Of a stretch of DNA of 64,000 nt, positions 9,041-18,047 are shown piece after piece. Position 1 is the stretch's first letter. Each line of letters begins with the position of its first letter. Below the pieces are notes generated by a model. The model did not search any database, was not told where the DNA came from, and saw only the letters and a program-made list of their open reading frames with translations. This stretch comes from a bacterium (GTDB lineage Bacteria; SAR324; XYD2-FULL-50-16). The stretch is from NCBI GenBank assembly GCA_032250835.1, contig JAVVEA010000001.1:288001-352000 (forward strand), written 5' to 3'. A program made the position numbers and the translations under genes.

Positions 9041-10158
9041 TGCAACCTCCGGTACCAATATAGCTGGTGTTCGGGTAGCAGTTCAGGGTGCAGCAGTTTG
9101 ATCAAGTCCTTTAACACGCGGTTGGGGTAGGCACTGCCGGTTTCCCAATAGTCATTGCCACCCTTTGGGTTGAGGCGGTTGTCGTAGTTGTAAACCTGCC
9201 CGGTACGGATCGCTTTAAAGGCATCAAAGCGGCGCTCCTGCCGAGCAATCGAAAGGTCACGCCAGAGCGCTGGGTTGAGCCAAATATCCGCTGAGGCAGC
9301 CTGCATCAGGACGGCTTCGAAGTCTAAATGTAGGCTTCCCTGTTCGTCGTTATCGGCCCAGAGATAGCGCCCTCCGGCGTCTTGGACCATCGTCGATTGG
9401 TAGGTCTGGCCACCGGGAACGTACCAAACGCCCTTAAATTCGCTGCCCACAAAAACCAAAGGTTTGGGCTCCGCATTGCGGGCCTGGGTCACTAGTTGGA
9501 GGTATTCTGTTGAAATCCGGTCTAGATGTTCCTGGGCCGGGATTTGGGCGTCAAAGAGCGCGGCGAGCACCAAGATCCACTCGGCACGACCCAACGGGCT
9601 CTTTTCCAAGTGACCGCCGGTGATCACCAGGGGCATGCCCAACCGCTCCAACAGCTCTTTGCTGCGTGCCCCCCTCTGGCTGAGCGCGAAGCCTAAAATC
9701 AAGTCCGGTTCAAGGGTTACTAAATTTTCTAACTCCCCTTCCACCTCCGGGCCGATCTCTTGCAGTTTACCTGCCTCAACCAGTTGGCGGATTTGGGGGG
9801 TGTTGATGAAATCAAATTCCGTGGTGGCCACCAGCCGGTCCTGCTGGCCCAAGATCACCAACGAAGGGAGGTAGGTGGTCGATAGGGCCACCAAACGCTT
9901 GACCGGCACGGCGATGCGGGGCAGATCAGCCAAGTCGGCCGGAGCCGGACAGCCGCGCCGCAGCAATAGATATTGTTGGCTGTCTTCGGCGGCCTGCCAA
10001 GCCTTGGATACCGTTAAGATCCGGTAACCGGGACCGGCCTTAAAGCTAAAGCCTTGCGCCCAGCGGGGCTGGTCGATGGGCCGGGTCGGGCAGGGCTCCG
10101 CCGCCAGCGCGCCACCGCCCCACAGCAAACAGAGGATTCCCCACCAGAAAACTTTCAC
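9037..10158 (-). CDS. btuF: Cobalamin ABC transporter periplasmic binding protein (BtuF-like)
   Basis: Signal peptide, PVKRLVALSTT, PLGRAEW, GGNDYWETG. GTG 10158 overlaps the upstream stop. Confidence 0.8.
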   Translation of the reverse strand: MKVFWWGILCLLWGGGALAAEPCPTRPIDQPRWAQGFSFKAGPGYRILTVSKAWQAAEDSQQYLLLRRGCPAPADLADLPRIAVPVKRLVALSTTYLPSLVILGQQDRLVATTEFDFINTPQIRQLVEAGKLQEIGPEVEGELENLVTLEPDLILGFALSQRGARSKELLERLGMPLVITGGHLEKSPLGRAEWILVLAALFDAQIPAQEHLDRISTEYLQLVTQARNAEPKPLVFVGSEFKGVWYVPGGQTYQSTMVQDAGGRYLWADNDEQGSLHLDFEAVLMQAASADIWLNPALWRDLSIARQERRFDAFKAIRTGQVYNYDNRLNPKGGNDYWETGSAYPNRVLKDLIKLLHPELLPEHQLYWYRRLQ

Positions 10159-10832
10159 GCCAAATCCAGATCCAAAAACCACACACCGTCACGGAGCACC
10201 CGCTCACCGGGAACCACCTTTACTTCATGGGTAAATAGGGGCCCGTCTACCACCAGACTATGGTATTCGCCCTCTTCTCCGCAAGGATCGATGCCCAACC
10301 GGGCCAGTTCTTCTTTAAGGTCTTGGTCCAAAAGCCGACCCAGAAAGGCGGGGTCCATCACCCCGTCTTTGACCGCCACGATCATTGCCTTAAAGCCCGC
10401 CGCAATGAACTCTTCGAGCATCGCCACCCGGGCGTTGAGGTATAGGGGCAAATGGGCGGTCACTCCGGCGGCGGCGCAAACCCGCTCTTCCCAGAGCCGG
10501 TGGTCTTCGAGGTCTATGTCCCCGAAGACCATATGTTCGATGCCCCGCGCCTTGAGGCCCGAGAGGACCTCAATAAACCGGGCTTCATAGTCGCCCCAAC
10601 TAGCCGCACCATGGACCAGTTCAATGCCCATAGAGGCCGCCTGAGCGGCGATCACCTCGGAGCGCAGCCCATGACTGCGGCTGCGCCCGCCCGTTTCGAT
10701 CAACATGTTGACCAAGACCTGAGGCACCGCCCCGGCGGCTTTAGCCCGCCATAGGGCCAACAAGCCGTCTTTGCCGCCCGAAAAGGACAGGCCAAAGGCC
10801 GCCCCTTTGGGCGGCAATTGAGGCTGGTTCAA
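10155..10832 (-). CDS. Dph6/DUF71 (COG2102) family PP-loop ATP pyrophosphatase, B12-salvage associated
   Basis: SFSGGKDG PP-loop, SRSHG, VFGDI, DPCGEEGEYHS motifs. Confidence 0.88.
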   Translation of the reverse strand: MNQPQLPPKGAAFGLSFSGGKDGLLALWRAKAAGAVPQVLVNMLIETGGRSRSHGLRSEVIAAQAASMGIELVHGAASWGDYEARFIEVLSGLKARGIEHMVFGDIDLEDHRLWEERVCAAAGVTAHLPLYLNARVAMLEEFIAAGFKAMIVAVKDGVMDPAFLGRLLDQDLKEELARLGIDPCGEEGEYHSLVVDGPLFTHEVKVVPGERVLRDGVWFLDLDLA

Positions 10833-12820
10833 AAGTCCGCCTTGACACCCAAGAGGAAGTTGCGCCCCGGCGTACCGTAAGCCCAGGCCTCTTCGTAATA
10901 AGCATCGGTGAGGTTATCAATCCGGCCATAGAGGCTATAACGGGGGCTCAATTGGTAATCTAGCGAAAGATTGGCCAAGTTATAGGCATCTAATTCACTG
11001 ACGGCGTTGCCGTCTTTGTCCAGGGCTGTGCCCGCTGTGGGACGCGCCCCTACCTGCTTGACGCCCAACCTGGCTTTTAAACCTTCAAGGCCCGTATAAA
11101 TCGCGCTGGCCGAGGCTAGTTGCTCTGCCCGGCGGGCCAAAGGTTCGCCATCGGGATCCTTGGTTTTCGCCGCCGTCACCGAGCCATCTAGACTCCAATC
11201 GGTCCCCACCTTGCCCGAAAGGTTTAATTCGGTGCCGCTGGTTTGGGTCTGACCGGTTACGTTTTGGTAGTCCCCGGCAAAGGTGGTGTAGTTGTACACA
11301 TAGTCGATGCGGTCGGTGAAGGTCATCTGGTAGGTGGTCACCTCCAGCATCCACTTACCTAATTGTTTTTCAATGCCTAAGTCCCAGCCGGTGGACTTTT
11401 CGGGGCCCAACTCGGCGTTACCGACAGTATATAGCGTACCGTAAGCGGTGTAGGTGCCAAATAGCTCATAAAGCGAAGGGGAACGAAAGCCCGTGCCGTA
11501 GCTGGCTTTCAGTTTCAGCCCCAGATCCTGAAACTTATAGGCCGGGGCAATGCGGTAGGTCGATTGGCTGCCGTATTTGTCGTGGTTGTCCATGCGGACC
11601 CCAACCAGAATTTCCAGAGCCTCGTCTAAAGCCGGGATTTGGTCTTGCAGCCAAAGGCTGTCGGTGCTTGCTTGCTGGTTTGCGTCCTCGGTGCCCACGC
11701 CGCTTGTGTAGCTGTTTTGCAGCAAACTTTCGTTTACGCGCCCTAGCCCCAAGGTCAGTTCCTGGTCCCCTAAAAAGAGGCTGCCCTGCCAGTTAAATTC
11801 TTGGCTGGTGCCGGTGAAGTCGTTGCTTTTTTCGTTGGTGGCGTCAAAGAGGTTGCGGTTTATCTGGCTCCCTTTATAAGCAAAGGTCGATTCCAACTCA
11901 CCACCAAAGGCGCGGTGGCTGTAGCTCAGCCCATAAAAAAGCAAGTCGTTGGACTGGTGTTTTTCTAGGTCCCCGTTGGGGTCGGCCACCGCCGGGTAAC
12001 CGGTAAAATGGTCGCCCAGATAGCCGTTGCCCGTGTCATCTAGCTGCTTGTCTGAGGATACCTTGCGTAAATTAAAGCGCAGTTGTCGCTTTTCGCCGAA
12101 GTCGTAGCCAAATCCCAAAGCGGCCGTTTGGTTGCTCCAAGCGTCAGCCTCGTTGGTGTTTCCGTCGTCGGGCAAAAGCGGGTTGCGCGCATCGGCGCTA
12201 GAGATTCCGTCTGAAGTGGTTTGGCTGATCTGGCCGCTCCAATCTAGGGCACCTGAGCGCCCTTGGTTGCTACCGTAGACCCGCTGGGTATTAAAGGAAC
12301 CAGCCTCAACGCCCACCTGAGACTTGGGCTCGCCGCCCTTTTTGGTGAAGATTTGGATCACGCCGCTCGAAGCATTGGAACCGTAAAGAACCGACTGAGG
12401 ACCACTGAGCACTTCGATCCGCTCAATGTTGTCTAGCGTCAAGTCGGCAATGTTAGCGCCGCGCCCCGAGTGGGAGGGATCGTTGACCATCACCCCATCA
12501 ATCAAGATCAACACGTTCTTAGAGTCCGCACCACGCAGGAAGATCGAGGTCTGCCCGCCGGGTCCGCCGTTGCGGGTCAATTCAATTCCCGGTAGGTCGG
12601 CTAAAAGGGCCTCGACCTGGGTTTGGTTGGATACCTCAATGACCTCTTGATTGACCACTTTGCCCGAAACGCCGCCCTGGCGACCTGATTGGGTCCGGGT
12701 GGCGGTGATCAAGATTTCCTTATTGTCTGATTCCGCGGCCCAAAGGGGTCCGCAAGACAGGGCCAAACAGGCCACTGCAATGAACTTCTTCATGAAACTA
12801 AACCTACAGCTAACTCTCAA
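10829..12820 (-). CDS. btuB: TonB-dependent cobalamin receptor BtuB
   Basis: Signal peptide, TonB box ILITATR, plug motifs LRGA..VLILIDG and IERIEVLSGPQSVLYG, C-terminal Phe. Directly downstream of a cobalamin riboswitch. Start is TTG 12820 (AAGGA upstream) or ATG 12793. Confidence 0.88.
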   Translation of the reverse strand: MRVSCRFSFMKKFIAVACLALSCGPLWAAESDNKEILITATRTQSGRQGGVSGKVVNQEVIEVSNQTQVEALLADLPGIELTRNGGPGGQTSIFLRGADSKNVLILIDGVMVNDPSHSGRGANIADLTLDNIERIEVLSGPQSVLYGSNASSGVIQIFTKKGGEPKSQVGVEAGSFNTQRVYGSNQGRSGALDWSGQISQTTSDGISSADARNPLLPDDGNTNEADAWSNQTAALGFGYDFGEKRQLRFNLRKVSSDKQLDDTGNGYLGDHFTGYPAVADPNGDLEKHQSNDLLFYGLSYSHRAFGGELESTFAYKGSQINRNLFDATNEKSNDFTGTSQEFNWQGSLFLGDQELTLGLGRVNESLLQNSYTSGVGTEDANQQASTDSLWLQDQIPALDEALEILVGVRMDNHDKYGSQSTYRIAPAYKFQDLGLKLKASYGTGFRSPSLYELFGTYTAYGTLYTVGNAELGPEKSTGWDLGIEKQLGKWMLEVTTYQMTFTDRIDYVYNYTTFAGDYQNVTGQTQTSGTELNLSGKVGTDWSLDGSVTAAKTKDPDGEPLARRAEQLASASAIYTGLEGLKARLGVKQVGARPTAGTALDKDGNAVSELDAYNLANLSLDYQLSPRYSLYGRIDNLTDAYYEEAWAYGTPGRNFLLGVKADF

Positions 12821-12894
12821 AGATTAATCCTTCAAGAGGCCGCAGCAGAGGATTTTTAGGGGGGATTCAGCACCCGGTTGGGCCGCTGGATTCC

Positions 12895-13005
12895 GTATCC
12901 TGTGCGCGAGGATGAAAAGAATTCGGAAGCTCTGACTTGTCACCGCTAAGGGTGCATCACAGTTGCGCGCCAGTGAGGGATTCTAACCCTACTTCCTCCG
13001 GAAAT
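12895..13005 (-). ncRNA. Cobalamin riboswitch (compact, class II-like), upstream of btuB
   Basis: Minus strand GGAAGT-AGGG TTAGAAT CCCT (T-loop hairpin)-CACTGGCGCGCAACTGTGA-short hairpin CACC/GGTG-AAGTCAGA (B12 box)...ATCCT CGCGCAC AGGAT (P13-like). L5 GCGCG is complementary to L13 CGCGC. Confidence 0.88.
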
Positions 13006-13082
13006 GTTACAGCGCTCATCATTGGGCAACGGGAAGGCCCCCGTCAAGGGAAACCGTCCCTAGCCTTTAAGTGGTTCAATAT

Positions 13083-14141
13083 TTAAACCTTTGTGCTCAC
13101 TTTAGCCCCCGAGAAGGTGGCCATTTGGTTGCTACACAACGCGGCCCCTTCGATCAAACAAAAGGCCAAGGCCGCACCGGTACCTTCACCTAACCTCAGG
13201 TCCAAATCCATCAAAGGCTTGATCCCCAGAGTTTCGGCAAAAAGGCGGTGTCCCTGTTCGGCCGAAAGGTGGCTAAAGAAAAGGTACTCCGCCGCTGCCG
13301 AGGCAATTTTTAAGGCCGCTAAAGCCCCCGCCGAGCTAATGAAGCCATCCACCACCACCGGTATCTTCAGGGCTGCCGCCCCCAGCACCAAACCGGCGAT
13401 CCCGGCGATTTCAAAGCCGCCTAGAGCGGCCAGGGTTTCAGCCGGGTCCTTGAGCGCTGATTGGTGCAGCTCCAAACCCTTTTTGATCACCTCGATCTTG
13501 CGCGCTAACCCCGCATCATCAACGCCGGTCCCCCGCCCCACAATCTCTTGCGGCTGGCAGGGTAAATAGGCGGCAAAGAGGGCCGCCGCAGGGGTGGTGT
13601 TGGCAATGCCCATTTCACCGGTGCCCAATAACTGCACCCCATCGGCCTGGGCCGCTTCGGCCAGTTTGATCCCCGCCAACAAAGCCTGTTCGCAGTCCTC
13701 TTGGCTCATGGCCGGGCCTTGGATAAAGCTTTGGGTGCCCTTGGCCACCTTGGCTTGGATCAGGTTCGGGTGGGGCTCAAAATCAAAATCAACGCCCATG
13801 TCCACCACCTTCAAGTCAGCCCCGGCGTTTTGGCAAAGCTGGTTGATCGCCGCGCCTCCGGCCAACATATTCAACACCATTTGGGGCGTCACCTCGCGCG
13901 GAAAGGCCGAGACCCCTTCAAAGGCGACGCCGTGGTCGCCAGCAAAACAATAGAGTCGCTTGGAGTGGGTCTTTAATTCCAACTGCCCTTGGATCAACCC
14001 CAGTTTCAAGGCGATTTCTTCTAGGCGCCCCAAACTACCCAGCGGTTTGGTCAAATCGTCCAGATGGGCGCGGAGTTGGGGCTCAAGTTGGCGCTCAGGG
14101 GCCTTGATGCGGCTGATCCAATCGGTTAAAGCAGGGTTCAT
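13083..14141 (-). CDS. cobT: Nicotinate-nucleotide--dimethylbenzimidazole phosphoribosyltransferase
   Basis: LTKPLGSLGRLE, FAGDHGV, GEMGIANTT, DGFIS, LRLGEGTGA. Confidence 0.95.
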   Translation of the reverse strand: MNPALTDWISRIKAPERQLEPQLRAHLDDLTKPLGSLGRLEEIALKLGLIQGQLELKTHSKRLYCFAGDHGVAFEGVSAFPREVTPQMVLNMLAGGAAINQLCQNAGADLKVVDMGVDFDFEPHPNLIQAKVAKGTQSFIQGPAMSQEDCEQALLAGIKLAEAAQADGVQLLGTGEMGIANTTPAAALFAAYLPCQPQEIVGRGTGVDDAGLARKIEVIKKGLELHQSALKDPAETLAALGGFEIAGIAGLVLGAAALKIPVVVDGFISSAGALAALKIASAAAEYLFFSHLSAEQGHRLFAETLGIKPLMDLDLRLGEGTGAALAFCLIEGAALCSNQMATFSGAKVSTKV

Positions 14142-14653
14142 GAGGGTTCTTTGATGGTGAGGGGCAAACCGGACACCATCAGGACCACCCGGTCCGCCTG
14201 GGCCGCAGCCTGCTGGTTGATTCGGCCCGCTAAATCACGGAAAAAACGGGCCGAAGAATGTTCGGGTACCACGCCCATACCCACTTCGTTGGTCACCAAG
14301 ACCACCGGGATGAGGCAGGTCAGAAGGGCCTGAAAAAAGCTGTCTACCTGGGGATAAGAGGGCAACTCTCCCTGATCAAACATTAAGTTATTGGCCCAAA
14401 GGGTCAGGCAATCGACAATCAAAAAATCAGCCCCTTCGGGCAAGTGGCTTAAAGCGCGGGCCAAGTTCAAAGGCTCTTCTAGGGTCTCGAACCGTTCGTC
14501 GCGCTCTAAGCGGTGCTTTTGGATGCGGGCGGCCATCTCTTCATCAATCGCTTGCCCGGTCGCTAAAAAGGCGATTTTCTTCGCTTTGCCAGCCAACTCC
14601 AAGGCCATGCGGCTCTTCCCGCTACGGGCTCCGCCGGTGATCAGCGTTAACAT
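14138..14653 (-). CDS. cobU: Bifunctional adenosylcobinamide kinase/adenosylcobinamide-phosphate guanylyltransferase
   Basis: ITGGARSGKS, EMAARIQKHR, VDCLTLW, VTNEVGMG, FRDLAGRINQ. Confidence 0.95.
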   Translation of the reverse strand: MLTLITGGARSGKSRMALELAGKAKKIAFLATGQAIDEEMAARIQKHRLERDERFETLEEPLNLARALSHLPEGADFLIVDCLTLWANNLMFDQGELPSYPQVDSFFQALLTCLIPVVLVTNEVGMGVVPEHSSARFFRDLAGRINQQAAAQADRVVLMVSGLPLTIKEPS

Positions 14654-15186
14654 TCGATCCCCAAACGGGCCTTGACCCCTTTTTGGTAATAATGCTTGAT
14701 CTCGCGCATTTCAGTGACCAAGTCGGCCCGTTCGATGATCTCTTCTGGGGCATTACGACCCGTTAAAACCAGCTCCACCCCTTCGGGCTTAACGTCGATC
14801 AACTCCAACATCTGCTCCACCTTCAGCAGGCCCAAGCTAACGGCCACGTTGGCTTCGTCGAGGACCACCAGTTTGTACTTGCCCGAGAGCATCTCTCGGC
14901 GCGCTTCTTCTAAACCCGCAGCGGCATTGGCCAAGTCATCGGCGCTGGGGTTGCCGAAGACCCAATGGTCGGTGCCCAGCTGGCGCAAGGTGACTTGTTC
15001 TTTTAAGGCTTCAAAGGACTTAAGCTCGATGTAGTCCATGCCTTTGACAAACTGGCCGATGTAAACCTTAAAACCCGCGCCCACAGCCCGCAAGGCCAGA
15101 CCAAAACCGGCCGTGGTCTTCCCCTTGCCATTTCCGGTATAGACTTGGACATATCCTTTTTCCCAGACTTTTTTTGGTAAGGCCAT
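14647..15186 (-). CDS. cobO: Cob(I)yrinic acid a,c-diamide adenosyltransferase (CobO/BtuR)
   Basis: YTGNGKGKTTAGFGLALRA, QFVKG, LDE, LVLTGR, ADLVTEM..IKHYY, GIE. Confidence 0.93.
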   Translation of the reverse strand: MALPKKVWEKGYVQVYTGNGKGKTTAGFGLALRAVGAGFKVYIGQFVKGMDYIELKSFEALKEQVTLRQLGTDHWVFGNPSADDLANAAAGLEEARREMLSGKYKLVVLDEANVAVSLGLLKVEQMLELIDVKPEGVELVLTGRNAPEEIIERADLVTEMREIKHYYQKGVKARLGIEC

Positions 15187-15339
15187 GTGGACTCTTCTGT
15201 AGGGTTAACGCTCAAAACTAGGCACAAGCCCTTGCCTAAAATTTTTGCAGGCAAAAGGCCGCGGCTATCTGCCCTTAATGGGCGGCAACACAGGGATTTT
15301 GGGGGGATTCAGGGCCCGCAAGGGGCAGCTGGACTCCGG

Positions 15340-15448
15340 GTATCCTGTGCGCGAGGATCATTTGGATGCGAAAGTTCTGACTTGTCACCACTAGGGTGCT
15401 TCACAGTTGCGCGCCAGTGAGGGATTTTAACCCTACTTCCTCCTAAAA
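15340..15448 (-). ncRNA. Cobalamin riboswitch (second, near-identical copy), upstream of cobO
   Basis: Minus strand GGAGGAAGTAGGGTTAAAATCCCTCACTGGCGCGCAACTGTGA...AAGTCAGA...ATCCTCGCGCACAGGATAC; same core as the copy at 12895-13005. Confidence 0.88.
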
Positions 15449-15546
15449 GCTTGAGGAGTTCATCTTTGGTGAAATGAAGAGCGCCGTCAAGGGAAGGGAG
15501 CAATTAAGATTTAAGCTTTTGTTTTTATGGAACAGAAACCATGTTT

Positions 15547-16605
15547 TTAAGCAAGATACCGGGCCAAAAATTCCAGTAGTTGCCTATTTTCGGCTGCTGT
15601 CTTCAGCCCCAAACGGAAGTAAGCGGCGTCTTCTAACCCTAAAAAACTACGGCCATCGCGCAGAAAAAATCCAGCCTGCAGGGCCGCCCCTAAGAGCGCA
15701 TCTATATCCCCACCATAGCGCACCCAAAAGAAATTGGCCCGGCTAGGCGTTGGCTGGCACCGGGGCAAGGCGCTTAAGGCCCGAAAAACCTCCTGACGGC
15801 TTTGATTCAAATTGACCTGTAGGTTCGGCAAATAGTCGGCTTCCTCCGCCAAGGCCTCTACTGCCGCCAACGCGGGGCCGCTCAAACGCCAAGGCGGGAG
15901 TTCTGACAACCAAAAAGCCGCTTGGTCTTGAGGGCTAATCAAGGCCCCCAAACGCAGGCCAGGGCAGGCAAACTCCTTGGTTAGCGAAAGCAGCACCCAA
16001 AGGTTGGGGAAAGCCAAATCCAAGAGGCTTAAGCCCTGGGGGTCATCACTCAGGCCCAAAAAGGCCTGATCCACCAAAAAATTTACCTCCGGCCACCGGC
16101 CCAACAACGAGGCCCACTGCTTAGCATCCAAGGCCGTGCCGGTGGGGTTGTGGGGACTGCCCACTAAACAGGCATCACAACCGGGTAAAGCGGCTTCCAA
16201 GCTGGCTAGGTCAAAATCCGGGGCGACCAATGAGTGGTGCACGATCTCTTGGGCAAAGGGGGCCAAGGCCGCCTGATAATCCCCAAAGCCCGGGTCTAAG
16301 ACTAGCGGTCTTTGGGGGCGCAATTTATGGGCCCAGAGGTAAATCCCCTCGATGGAGCCGTTGAGCGGTAAGATGCGTTCGGCCAGCAAACCGAAGCGCC
16401 GTTGGTAGTAGTCTATCAACGGTTGCCCCTGACGCTCTGGGTAACGGTCCACCACCTGAACCGAAGGGAGCGCGCGCAACATGGCAGGCGGCGGACCCAA
16501 AGGACTTAGATTGACACTAAAGTCCAAGTAAGGTCGGGGCTCAAGCCCGTAATCTTTAAAATAGCGGCCCGCCTCCCCGCCGTGTATGACCTCCGAAGGT
16601 TTCAC
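15547..16605 (-). CDS. cobD: L-threonine-O-3-phosphate decarboxylase (PLP-dependent)
   Basis: HGG, LDFSVNLSPLG, NPTG, SLTKEFACPGLRLG (PLP Lys); coupled to cobQ. Confidence 0.85.
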   Translation of the reverse strand: MKPSEVIHGGEAGRYFKDYGLEPRPYLDFSVNLSPLGPPPAMLRALPSVQVVDRYPERQGQPLIDYYQRRFGLLAERILPLNGSIEGIYLWAHKLRPQRPLVLDPGFGDYQAALAPFAQEIVHHSLVAPDFDLASLEAALPGCDACLVGSPHNPTGTALDAKQWASLLGRWPEVNFLVDQAFLGLSDDPQGLSLLDLAFPNLWVLLSLTKEFACPGLRLGALISPQDQAAFWLSELPPWRLSGPALAAVEALAEEADYLPNLQVNLNQSRQEVFRALSALPRCQPTPSRANFFWVRYGGDIDALLGAALQAGFFLRDGRSFLGLEDAAYFRLGLKTAAENRQLLEFLARYLA

Positions 16606-18047
16606 AACCCCTCTCGCAAGATCGCTTCAATCTGGTCCAAGTCCAGGTGCGGCTCTAGGCCATCGGCCAAGCGGTCATAGGGGTCGCCGCCTTGATCGGC
16701 GTCCCAACTAAAGGCCATGACCTGCTCTAAGAACTCAGCCAAAAAGGGGCGGGATTCGAAGAGGCCATGCTGGTAGCTACCAAAGATTTGCCCATCATTC
16801 CAGCCCTCAGGCCCATCGGTTAAGGTCAACCAAGGACGTTGGGGCCCCTGGTAGAAGCTACGGCCTTGGTGGATCTCGTAGCCCTCGAAGGCGGTCCCTA
16901 AAGGACTGGTGCCCGCCGTGCGGGTTAGGCGTTTTTCTCGGCCAAAGCTCGTGGTCATCGGGATTAAGCCCAATCCTTCACGTTCCCCGCCGCCGGGTGA
17001 TTCTAAGGCTTCGGGGTCTTCTAGCTTTTGGCCTAACATCTGGTAACCACCACAGATCCCTAAAACCTTCCCACCAGCCTTGCGGTAGGCCTCTAAGGGT
17101 TCTAACCAACCGCTTTGGCGTAACCAATCTAAGTCCGCTAGGCTGGACTTACTGCCCGGTAAAATCACCAGTCCATAGGGGCTTAAGTTGCGCGGGCCGC
17201 TGAGGAAGTGGCAAGCCAACCCCGGCACCTCGGCGAGGGGTTCAAAGTCCGTAAAGTTGCTGATCCGAGGATAGCGGATAACGGCGACCGCAGGGCCCTT
17301 GGGGGGCAAAGGGTCGATTTGGTATTCTAGGCTCTGGGCATCTTCAGAAGGCAGGCCGTGGTCCGCCAAGAAAGGCAATAGACCCAAGACAGGCAGGCCG
17401 GTGCGCTGCTCGATCCACTCAATCCCTTCTTGGAACAATTCGCGGCTGCCCCGGAAGCGGTTGATGAGGATACCCTTGATCATTGCGCGGTCTTCGGGCG
17501 AGATCACCTCAAGGCTGCCCACGATTTGGGCGAACACGCCGCCCCGGTCTATATCGGCGAGCAACAAGGCCGGAGCCCGGACCGCCTGGCAAAGCCCGAG
17601 GTTGATGAAGTCGCGTGAGCGTAAATTGACTTCCGCCAAAGAACCGGCTCCTTCGATCAGGATATTCTGGTAGCGGGCTTGTAGCTGGGCATAGTCTTCT
17701 AAGGCCGCTTGGCGCAGTTCGGCGTTGCGGATAAAAAAATTGCTCCCTTCCAAGCGCCCCACAGGCTTGCCGCGTAGCACCAATTGGCTGGCATGATCGG
17801 CCTCGGGCTTGATCAACACAGGATTCATCAAAACGTCAGGTTCCAGCCCGGCCGCACGGGCCTGGACAAATTGGGCGCGGCCCATTTCCAACCCGTCCCA
17901 GGTCACCCCGCTGTTGTTGGACATATTTTGGGCCTTAAAAGGAGCCACCAGCCAGCCGCGTCGCTTAAGCAACCGCAACAATCCGGCGGTGACCAAACTT
18001 TTGCCTACGTCGGAGCCGGTGCCCAAAATGGCCAAGGAATGATTCAT
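16602..18047 (-). CDS. cobQ: Cobyric acid synthase
   Basis: GTGSDVGKS, PFKAQNMSNNS, MNPVLIKP, EGAGS, ISNFTDF, GICGGYQMLG, GYEIH. Start ATG 18047 overlaps the cobS stop; the ORF-track extension to 18284 is spurious. Confidence 0.95.
   Translation of the reverse strand: MNHSLAILGTGSDVGKSLVTAGLLRLLKRRGWLVAPFKAQNMSNNSGVTWDGLEMGRAQFVQARAAGLEPDVLMNPVLIKPEADHASQLVLRGKPVGRLEGSNFFIRNAELRQAALEDYAQLQARYQNILIEGAGSLAEVNLRSRDFINLGLCQAVRAPALLLADIDRGGVFAQIVGSLEVISPEDRAMIKGILINRFRGSRELFQEGIEWIEQRTGLPVLGLLPFLADHGLPSEDAQSLEYQIDPLPPKGPAVAVIRYPRISNFTDFEPLAEVPGLACHFLSGPRNLSPYGLVILPGSKSSLADLDWLRQSGWLEPLEAYRKAGGKVLGICGGYQMLGQKLEDPEALESPGGGEREGLGLIPMTTSFGREKRLTRTAGTSPLGTAFEGYEIHQGRSFYQGPQRPWLTLTDGPEGWNDGQIFGSYQHGLFESRPFLAEFLEQVMAFSWDADQGGDPYDRLADGLEPHLDLDQIEAILREGL

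Noticed and set aside
12895-15448. The two repeats as IS ends, CRISPR repeats or att sites
   Set aside because: Only two direct copies, both with B12-box and T-loop features upstream of B12 genes; no transposase, integrase, cas gene or spacer array.
15187-15503. Short ORFs (77 and 64 aa) in the cobO leader
   Set aside because: They overlap the riboswitch and promoter and have no recognisable protein features.
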